Shown here one piece after another: positions 57,030 to 64,000 of a stretch of DNA of 64,000 bases. The notes under the pieces are model-generated. The model had not been told where the DNA came from. It worked only from the letters and a program-made list of their open reading frames with translations, and made no database searches. Both the position numbers and the translations under genes were made by a program. The stretch's first letter is position 1. Each line of letters opens with the position of its first letter. Source of the DNA: Thermoplasmatota archaeon (GTDB taxonomy: Archaea > Thermoplasmatota > Thermoplasmata > SG8-5 > JACRNV01); assembly GCA_040753455.1 (NCBI GenBank), contig JBFMEL010000001.1, positions 5,810 through 69,809 of the forward strand, given 5' to 3'.

Positions 57030-57039
57030 GGGTGAAAGG

Positions 57040-58062
57040 ATGCCTACGTATAAAATAGAGGAGAGGGAAATCCAGAGGATCCTCGAACATCTGCTGGTCA
57101 AGGGTATCGTCGAAGGGGTCATGCTCCAGGTCAGGGGGGAGCATGGTGTCTTTACAGCCCTCGTCGCAGATCCTGCACGTATCGCAAGTGCTGTGCCGCT
57201 GGCTCCGCTGTTCTCCGGCAACACCGCCGTCTACCTTCAGAACAATGGAAGGAGGAAGATCGCAGTTGTGGTGAAGCCGTGCGAAGCCAGGGCGATCAAC
57301 GAGCTGAAGAAATTAAATCAGATAAACCTGGACGATCTCATCGTGATATGCAGCGACTGCCTGGGGACGGTGGATCCCAAGGGGGTCACGGAGCCGCTGA
57401 CCGATGCAAAAAAGAAGGAGCTCATGAGGAGCGCGTGCAGGGTCTGCGAGCACTTCACGCCCCCAGAGGTGGATCTCAGCATCCTGACCATTGGGACTGG
57501 GGATGGGTGCATCGTTGCCACTGAGAGGGCAGAGCTCCTCGAAGGCTTGAACCTGAGGTGTGAGGAGATCCCAGAGGCACGGGAGCACGAGATCCAAAAG
57601 ATCCGAAAGGAGCGGCTCAAGCACAAGGAAGAGATGACCAAGGAGATGATAAAAAAGTTATCTGCTCCAGGTTCGCTTGCAGAGGCATTGAGCCACTGCA
57701 TACGCTGCGACAACTGCAGGGAGGTGTGCCCACTCTGCTACTGCAAGGAATGCTACTTCGAAACCCCTTTGGGGGATCTAAGAACAGACGGGATGCTGCA
57801 TCAGGCAGCGATAAAAGGGATACTGAGAGTTCCCCCGGACATCCTTTTCTATCATCTCACCAGGCAGATCCATGTCGCCGCGGGATGCGTGGGATGCGGA
57901 GCATGCGAAGAAGCATGCCCGAGAGAGATCCCCCTGCTGTCGATATGGAAGGCGGTGGCACCTGATGTCCAGGCGCTGTTCGACTATGTGGCAGGGATGG
58001 AGAAGGACGTGCCGCTGCCCATGGTGCAGTTCAAAGAGGAAGAGCTCGAAGAGGTGAAGTGA
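57040..58062 (+). CDS. FrhB/FdhB-family (coenzyme F420-reducing hydrogenase beta subunit-like) iron-sulfur flavoprotein
   Basis: FrhB-type N-terminal domain plus C-terminal CIRCDNCREVCP and CVGCGACEEACP. Start at MPTYKI. Confidence 0.7.
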   Translation: MPTYKIEEREIQRILEHLLVKGIVEGVMLQVRGEHGVFTALVADPARIASAVPLAPLFSGNTAVYLQNNGRRKIAVVVKPCEARAINELKKLNQINLDDLIVICSDCLGTVDPKGVTEPLTDAKKKELMRSACRVCEHFTPPEVDLSILTIGTGDGCIVATERAELLEGLNLRCEEIPEAREHEIQKIRKERLKHKEEMTKEMIKKLSAPGSLAEALSHCIRCDNCREVCPLCYCKECYFETPLGDLRTDGMLHQAAIKGILRVPPDILFYHLTRQIHVAAGCVGCGACEEACPREIPLLSIWKAVAPDVQALFDYVAGMEKDVPLPMVQFKEEELEEVK

Positions 58063-60047
58063 GGTTGGAGGGAGCTACGAAGATAGGCGTATACGTCTGC
58101 GAGTGCGGGATCAATATCTCAGCCGCTGTGGACGTGGCAAAGGTCGCAGAGCATGCAAAGGGATTGCCTGATGTTGTGGTGAGCAGGTACTACAAATACA
58201 TGTGCTCCGACCCTGGACAGTCCCTCATAAAGAATGATATAAAGGAGATGGGGCTCACCCACGTGGTGGTAGCCTCCTGCTCCCCGAGGATGCACGAGCC
58301 CACCTTCAGAGCGGTGGTCGAGGAGGGGGGGGTGAACCCCTACTGCTTCGAGATGGCGAACATCAGGGAGCACTGCTCCTGGGCGCACATGCGTGAAAAG
58401 GATAAGGCGACAGAGAAAGCAAAGGACCTGGTGAGGATGGCCGTAGCCAAGGCAAGGCTGCTTCGACCGCTGCAGAGAAAGCAGGTGCCCGTCACGCCCG
58501 CCGCGCTGGTGATCGGGGGTGGGATCGCAGGCATACAAGCCGCGCTGGAGATCGCAGAGAGCGGGTTCAAGACCTACCTGGTAGAGCGGACACCGAGCAT
58601 CGGGGGTCGCATGGCGCAATTAGACAAGACCTTCCCCACACTGGACTGCTCCGCCTGCATCCTCACACCTAAGATGGTGGATGTCGCCAGGCACCCCAAC
58701 ATCGAGCTGCTCACATACTCGGAGGTCACGGGTGTCGAGGGATACATCGGCAACTTCAAGGCGACAGTAAAGAAGAAAGCCAGATATGTGGACATAGACA
58801 AATGCGTGGGCTGCGGTCGGTGCGCCGAGGCATGCAGGCTAAAGGGACGTGTAGCCGACGAGTTCAATGAGAAACTCGGCAAACGCAGTGCGATATACGT
58901 GCCGTTTCCTCAGGCAGTGCCGCTGAAGTACACGATCGACCCAGAGCGTTGCATATTTTTAAAGACTGGTAAATGCGGCGACTCCCCGCTGTGCGTGGAA
59001 GCCTGTGAGGCAAATGCCATCGACCATCAGCAGAAAGATGATGTCGTTGACCTTGAAGTGGGCACCATCGTTGTGGCGACAGGCTTCGATCTATACGATC
59101 CATCCCAGAAACCAGAATACGGGTATGGAAAGATCAAAAATGTGATCACTGGCTTGGAGTTCGAGAGGCTCGTATCCGCCTCTGGTCCCACAGGGGGGCA
59201 CATCGAGGTAAACGGTAAGGAGCCCAGGAGGGTGGTCTTCATCCAGTGCGTGGGATCGAGGGACAAGGAGGGCAACGAGTACTGCTCGCGCGTGTGCTGC
59301 ATGTACACAGCCAAGCACGCGCATCTCGTGAGGGAGAAGATCCCCGGCGCCAATGTCACGATCTATTATACCGATGTAAGAGCCTTTGGTAAAGGTTTCG
59401 AGGAGTTCTACAACAGGGTGAAGGGCGAGGGCGTTGCATACCGCAGAAGGGAGCTGGACGATGCCATCGAGGTCGTGGAGGATGATGGCAGGACCATCGT
59501 CAAAGCCCAGGGCCACGAAGATATAGAGGCAGACTTGGTGGTGCTGGCGACCGCGATCGTTCAGCGAACAGATATCGAAGAGCTTGCCAGGGTGTTGAAG
59601 GTCTCACGCGGTGCAGACGGCTTCTTCCTGGAGATTCATCCAAAACTAAGACCCATGGACACTGCCACCGGAGGGATATTCATAGCAGGCTGCTGCCAGT
59701 CCCCAAAGGATATCCCTGACACGGTCGCGCAGGCGAGCGGTGCGGCAGCCAAGGCATCGATACCCCTCTCGCAGGGGAAGATCGATCTAGACCCCCAGAG
59801 GTCTGAGGTCATCGATGAGAACTGCGACGGCTGCGCATACTGCATAGAGCCGTGTCCGTTCAAGGCACTGACATTAATCGAGTATATGCGGGATGGCGCG
59901 ATCAAGAAGACGGTGGAAGCAAATGAGGCTCTGTGCCAGGGCTGCGGTGTCTGCCAAGCCACGTGTCCCAAACAGGGGATCATCGTGAGAGGGTTCACGA
60001 CCAAGCAGATCTCTGCAATGGTCGATGCCCTTCTCGGGGTGGTGTAG
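58059..60047 (+). CDS. hdrA: Heterodisulfide reductase subunit A
   Basis: N-terminal Cys cluster [13 protein letters not shown] motif [13 protein letters not shown], and inserted ferredoxin domains. GTGA overlap start. Confidence 0.9.
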   Translation: MRLEGATKIGVYVCECGINISAAVDVAKVAEHAKGLPDVVVSRYYKYMCSDPGQSLIKNDIKEMGLTHVVVASCSPRMHEPTFRAVVEEGGVNPYCFEMANIREHCSWAHMREKDKATEKAKDLVRMAVAKARLLRPLQRKQVPVTPAALVIGGGIAGIQAALEIAESGFKTYLVERTPSIGGRMAQLDKTFPTLDCSACILTPKMVDVARHPNIELLTYSEVTGVEGYIGNFKATVKKKARYVDIDKCVGCGRCAEACRLKGRVADEFNEKLGKRSAIYVPFPQAVPLKYTIDPERCIFLKTGKCGDSPLCVEACEANAIDHQQKDDVVDLEVGTIVVATGFDLYDPSQKPEYGYGKIKNVITGLEFERLVSASGPTGGHIEVNGKEPRRVVFIQCVGSRDKEGNEYCSRVCCMYTAKHAHLVREKIPGANVTIYYTDVRAFGKGFEEFYNRVKGEGVAYRRRELDDAIEVVEDDGRTIVKAQGHEDIEADLVVLATAIVQRTDIEELARVLKVSRGADGFFLEIHPKLRPMDTATGGIFIAGCCQSPKDIPDTVAQASGAAAKASIPLSQGKIDLDPQRSEVIDENCDGCAYCIEPCPFKALTLIEYMRDGAIKKTVEANEALCQGCGVCQATCPKQGIIVRGFTTKQISAMVDALLGVV

Positions 60048-60461
60048 ATGACGAACGATCATGAGCCCCTGCTCGTGGCATTCTGCTGCAACTGGTGCTC
60101 GTACGCAGGCGCTGATTTAGCCGGCACATCCAGAACCCAGTATCCGCCCAATGTCAGGATAATAAGGGTGATGTGCTCAGGGATGGTGCACCCCAACCTT
60201 GTGATCGACACGCTCACCAAGGGCGCTGATGGCGTCCTGATGTGCGGCTGTCATCCCGGTGATTGCCACTACATCGAGGGGAATCTAAGGGCTGAGAAGC
60301 GCGCGGAGGCGATACGTCTCATGCTGGAGGACATGGGGTTTGAACCTGAACGATACAGGTTGGAATGGATCTCTGCCTCGGAAGGGCAGCGGTTCGCCGA
60401 GGTCGTGAAAGAGATGGTCGAACAATTGAAGGCGCTAGGTCCGAACCCATACAGGGCGTAG
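60048..60461 (+). CDS. mvhD: MvhD/FlpD-like subunit (second copy)
   Basis: [17 protein letters not shown]...[10 protein letters not shown]. Confidence 0.85.
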   Translation: MTNDHEPLLVAFCCNWCSYAGADLAGTSRTQYPPNVRIIRVMCSGMVHPNLVIDTLTKGADGVLMCGCHPGDCHYIEGNLRAEKRAEAIRLMLEDMGFEPERYRLEWISASEGQRFAEVVKEMVEQLKALGPNPYRA

Positions 60462-60529
60462 GTGATCATACGAGCAATGAGGCGGATGTATCAGGCGGCG
60501 AGGTCGCGACGACCAACGATAAACCAAGG

Positions 60530-61792
60530 GTGGGCGTATACGTCTGCGAGTGCGGGATCAATATCTCAGCCACTGTGGATGTGCCTGAGGTCGCAGAGGA
60601 TGCAAAGGGATTGCCTGATGTGGCAGTGAGCAGGTACTACAAATACATGTGCTCCGACCCTGGGCAGTCCCTCATAAAGAATGATATAAAGGAGCTCGGG
60701 CTCACCCACGTGGTGGTAGCCTCCTGCTCACCGAGGATGCACGAGCCCACCTTCAGAGCAGCGGTCGAGGAAGCGGGAGTGAACCCCTACTGCTTCGAGA
60801 TGGCGAACATCAGGGAGCACTGCTCCTGGGCGCACATGCATGAAAAGGATAAGGCGACAGAGAAAGCAAAGGACCTGGTGAGGATGGCCGTAGCCAAGGC
60901 AAGGCTTCTTCGGCCCATAGAAAAGATGCGTGTGCCCGTCACCCCCGCCGCACTGGTGATTGGTGGGGGGATCGCAGGCATACAAGCCGCGCTGGACATA
61001 GCAGACAGAGGGTTCAAGACCTACCTGATAGAGCGGACACCGAGCATCGGGGGTCGCATGGCGCAATTAGACAAGACCTTCCCCACACTGGACTGCTCCG
61101 CCTGCATCCTCACGCCCAAGATGGTGGATGTCGCCAGGCACCCCAACATCGAACTGCTCACATACTCGGAGGTCGCCGGGATCGGTGGATATGTAGGCAA
61201 TTACAAAGTGAAGGTCAAGAAGAAGGCAAGATCGGTGGACGGATCGAAATGTACCGGGTGCGGGCTGTGCACAGAGCACTGCCCAGTGATCCTTCAGCCG
61301 CAGATACAGGAGATGCCAAAAGAGGCGCCTTCTGTGAGAGACAAGGAATTCATCGAGGGGCTGATCGCCAAGCATTCGCATCTTAAGGCTCCTGTGGTGC
61401 AGATCCTGCTGGACGTGAACGAGAAATACAGATACCTTCCAAAGGAGATCCTGAGATATCTCTCCTTTAGGCTGGAGATGCCGCTGAGCACCATATACAG
61501 AGTCGCTACCTTCTATAAAGCGCTCAGTCTCGAAATGAGGGGGAAATACCATATAAAAGCCTGCCTGGGCACCGCCTGCCACGTGAGAGGCGCCAGAAAG
61601 GTCGTTGACGCGATCAGGGACTACATCGCCAAGACAGAAGAAGGGCTCTTCTCCCTCGAGCCCGTGAACTGCCTCGGCGCATGCGCCCTTGGTCCTATCA
61701 TGGTGGTGAACGAGGAGTACCATGGACACATGACCATCGACAAGGTAGCTGAAATACTCACATCCCTGGAGGGAGGCAATGAAAAAGATTAA
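60530..61792 (+). CDS. Chimeric protein: N-terminal ~240 aa of HdrA fused to a NuoE-like thioredoxin-fold [2Fe-2S] domain
   Basis: The first ~700 nt are ~93% identical to hdrA at 58083-58790. The C-terminus has NuoE/HoxF-type motifs [10 protein letters not shown]...[12 protein letters not shown] start at 60530. Confidence 0.7.
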   Translation: MGVYVCECGINISATVDVPEVAEDAKGLPDVAVSRYYKYMCSDPGQSLIKNDIKELGLTHVVVASCSPRMHEPTFRAAVEEAGVNPYCFEMANIREHCSWAHMHEKDKATEKAKDLVRMAVAKARLLRPIEKMRVPVTPAALVIGGGIAGIQAALDIADRGFKTYLIERTPSIGGRMAQLDKTFPTLDCSACILTPKMVDVARHPNIELLTYSEVAGIGGYVGNYKVKVKKKARSVDGSKCTGCGLCTEHCPVILQPQIQEMPKEAPSVRDKEFIEGLIAKHSHLKAPVVQILLDVNEKYRYLPKEILRYLSFRLEMPLSTIYRVATFYKALSLEMRGKYHIKACLGTACHVRGARKVVDAIRDYIAKTEEGLFSLEPVNCLGACALGPIMVVNEEYHGHMTIDKVAEILTSLEGGNEKD

Positions 61793-63644
61793 GAACCCCG
61801 AAGAACTGAGAAACCTGCGAAAGGCGATCCAGGATGGAAAGGACCCAGATAAAACAGTCGTTACTGTTTGCAAGGGCACGGGGTGTGTAGCATCCGGGTC
61901 CGAGCCCCTCATCAACGCCTTCAGGGAAGAGATAGAAAAGCGGAAGATCCAGGACAGGGTCGAGGTGCGGGTCACCGGGTGTCATGGTTTCTGTGAAAAA
62001 GGGCCTATCGTCGTCATATATCCCAGCAGGATATTCTATCCCATGGTCATCCCGGAGAAGGTGCCTGCTATTATCTCCGAGACGGTGCTTGAGAACAGAA
62101 TCATCGAGGATATGCTATATGTCGATCCCACCACGGGTGAGAAGATCATCTATGAGCATGATGTCCCGTTCTACAAGAAGCAGACCAGAACGATCCTGGC
62201 CAACAACGGACTGATAGATCCAACGAGCATAGAAGATTACATCGGTACGGGCGGTTATTTCGCGCTCGCAAAAGCACTTACCAGTATGACGCCAGAAGAG
62301 ATCATCAGCGAGGTCAAAGCCTCTGGGTTGAGGGGGCGCGGGGGCGCAGGTTTCCCCACAGGGGTCAAATGGGAGTTCTGCAGAGCTGCGAAGGGCGAGC
62401 AGAAGTACATCATCTGCAACGGTGACGAGGGCGATCCCGGTGCCTACATGGACAGGAGCGTGCTGGAGGGCAATCCGCACAGCGTGATAGAGGGGATGAT
62501 CATAGGAGCCTATGCCATAGGTGCGAGCAAGGGCGTAGCCTATGTGAGAGCCGAGTATCCGCTGGCAGTCCATAACCTCGACATTGCGATCAACCAGGCA
62601 AAGGAGCTCGGCTTGCTGGGCGACAACATCCTTGGAAGCGGGTTTGATTTCGAGCTCTGGATTTACAGAGGTGGTGGAGCCTTTGTGTGCGGCGAAGAAT
62701 CTGCTCTTATCGCATCGATCGAGGGCAGGTCGGGGGAACCGAGACAGCGCCCGCCGTTCCCTGCGCAGTCCGGGCTCTGGGGCTGCCCCACGAATATCAA
62801 CAATGTGGAGACATGGGCGAACGTTCCCCACATCATAAGCAGGGGGGCTGAGTGGTATGCCAGCATCGGGACCGAGAGCAGCAAGGGCACGAAGATCTTC
62901 TCGCTCGTGGGGAAGGTGAACAATACCGGTCTGGTGGAGGTGCCCTTTGGCACAACGCTGAGGACGATCATATTCGAGATCGGTGGGGGCATTCCGGGGG
63001 CTCGAAAATTCAAGGCGGTACAGTCCGGAGGACCATCGGGGGGATGCATCCCTGCTGAACATATAGATACCCAGGTCGATTACGCGGAGCTTACCAAGCT
63101 GGGCTCGATCATGGGCTCCGGCGGTTTGATCGTCATGGACGAGGACACATGCATGGTCGATGTTGCCAGATACTTCATATCCTTCACCCTGGACGAATCC
63201 TGCGGGAAGTGCACGTCGTGCAGGGAAGGCAACGCCCAGATGTTAGAGATGCTGAAGGATATCTGCGATGGCAAAGGCAAGGAGAGCTACCTGCCCATGC
63301 TCGAGGAACTGTGTGGGTACATCAAGGAGACCTCGATGTGCGCCCTCGGGGGCACAGCCCCGAACCCTGTGCTCACCACACTGAGATATTTCAGGGACGA
63401 ATATATGGCTCACATACAAAGGAAAGAATGCCCTGCCAAGGTGTGCAAAGCCCTGATCTTTTATCAGATTGACCCAGAGAAATGCACTGGATGCGGCATG
63501 TGCGCCAAGAAATGCCCGATGGGCGCCATATCAGGGGAGAGGAGGCAGCCACATGTGATAGACAGGGAGATATGCACGAGATGTGGCACGTGCCATGCCA
63601 CGTGCAAGTTCGATGCCATCCTTGTCAGGACAGGAGGGGGTTGA
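61779..63644 (+). CDS. nuoF: NuoF-like NAD(H)-binding FMN iron-sulfur subunit with an N-terminal thioredoxin-like [2Fe-2S] domain and C-terminal 2x[4Fe-4S]
   Basis: [15 protein letters not shown] (FMN/NADH site), [10 protein letters not shown] ([4Fe-4S]), and C-terminal [12 protein letters not shown] / [11 protein letters not shown]. Confidence 0.85.
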   Translation: MKKIKNPEELRNLRKAIQDGKDPDKTVVTVCKGTGCVASGSEPLINAFREEIEKRKIQDRVEVRVTGCHGFCEKGPIVVIYPSRIFYPMVIPEKVPAIISETVLENRIIEDMLYVDPTTGEKIIYEHDVPFYKKQTRTILANNGLIDPTSIEDYIGTGGYFALAKALTSMTPEEIISEVKASGLRGRGGAGFPTGVKWEFCRAAKGEQKYIICNGDEGDPGAYMDRSVLEGNPHSVIEGMIIGAYAIGASKGVAYVRAEYPLAVHNLDIAINQAKELGLLGDNILGSGFDFELWIYRGGGAFVCGEESALIASIEGRSGEPRQRPPFPAQSGLWGCPTNINNVETWANVPHIISRGAEWYASIGTESSKGTKIFSLVGKVNNTGLVEVPFGTTLRTIIFEIGGGIPGARKFKAVQSGGPSGGCIPAEHIDTQVDYAELTKLGSIMGSGGLIVMDEDTCMVDVARYFISFTLDESCGKCTSCREGNAQMLEMLKDICDGKGKESYLPMLEELCGYIKETSMCALGGTAPNPVLTTLRYFRDEYMAHIQRKECPAKVCKALIFYQIDPEKCTGCGMCAKKCPMGAISGERRQPHVIDREICTRCGTCHATCKFDAILVRTGGG

Positions 63645-63646
63645 AC

Positions 63647-64000
63647 ATGGTGACTGTAGAGCTCGACGGCACTAAGTTCGATGTCGATGAAGGCATGACC
63701 GTCCTCGATGCTGCCAGGAAACACAACATCGAGATCCCCACCCTCTGCTACAACAAGGCGCTCTCTCCTTACGGCGCATGCCGCCTGTGCGTGGTGGAGA
63801 TACTGAGCGCGAGGGGAGCGCAGTTAGCATCTGCGTGCACGTATCCAGTATCCGAGGGGCTGAGGGTGATCACAAACTCCGAAAAGGTGCAGAAGAGCAG
63901 AAGGCTGACGCTCGAACTATTACTAGCGCGCTGCCCGGAGGAGGAAGTGGTAATCAACCTGGCAAAGGAGCATGGGATCAGCGAGACGAGGTTCAAGAAG
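63647..64000 (+). CDS. NuoG/formate-dehydrogenase/HndD-like subunit, N-terminal [2Fe-2S] ferredoxin domain (3'-truncated by the window end)
   Basis: MVTVELDGTKFDVDEGMTVLDAARKHNIEIPTLCY...CRLC is the standard NuoG-type 2Fe-2S N-terminus. An RBS GGAGGGGG lies upstream. Confidence 0.55.
   Translation, partial: MVTVELDGTKFDVDEGMTVLDAARKHNIEIPTLCYNKALSPYGACRLCVVEILSARGAQLASACTYPVSEGLRVITNSEKVQKSRRLTLELLLARCPEEEVVINLAKEHGISETRFKK

Noticed and set aside
58119-58619. 166-aa minus-strand ORF and its near-duplicate at 60728-61066
   Set aside because: Antisense to hdrA and to its duplicated 5' segment. They are useful only as evidence of the segmental duplication.

Overview
This is a high-GC (~60%) archaeal chromosomal segment. 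It resembles a methanogen, ANME or Archaeoglobi-type euryarchaeon, judged from the HdrABC/MvhD/FrhB genes, archease, PurP, archaeal-type NMNAT and intron-containing tRNAs.

Conserved content, in order:
- glyA, then a divergent FtsZ/tubulin-like GTPase and Nob1.
- A GDP-D-glycero-D-manno-heptose biosynthesis cluster (epimerase, HddC, HddA, GmhA, GmhB).
- FEN1, a ThiI-like THUMP protein, aspS and P5C dehydrogenase.
- NMNAT followed by an unusual CinA(PncC)-PurN fusion.
- An AbrB-domain protein carrying eight tandem ~66-aa repeats.
- A radical-SAM/flavoprotein pair and an isochorismatase.
- A four-gene membrane/SPFH/zinc-ribbon operon.
- NYN, coaBC, a KaiC-like ATPase, a wHTH-AAA regulator, archease, pheS, purP, an M29 aminopeptidase and a DUF4430/ECF pair.
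- A ferredoxin-fused etfA-etfB and an acyl-CoA dehydrogenase, split by a 1090-aa STAND NTPase-TPR protein.
- hdrC-hdrB-sdhB-sdhA (split thiol:fumarate-reductase-like) followed by korDABG.
- A large flavin-based electron-bifurcation-type cluster: tandem-HdrA / MvhD / FrhB-like / HdrA / MvhD / HdrA-Nterm::NuoE chimera / NuoF / NuoG-like.

Three tRNA genes are present: Arg-TCG, Val-CAC with a non-canonical D-region intron, and Tyr-GTA with a canonical intron. They sit beside three loci of modular hairpin-forming repeats that show compensatory substitutions. No transposase or CRISPR array was seen. All coordinates, starts and functions are inferred by eye from the sequence and the ORF track. No searches were run.
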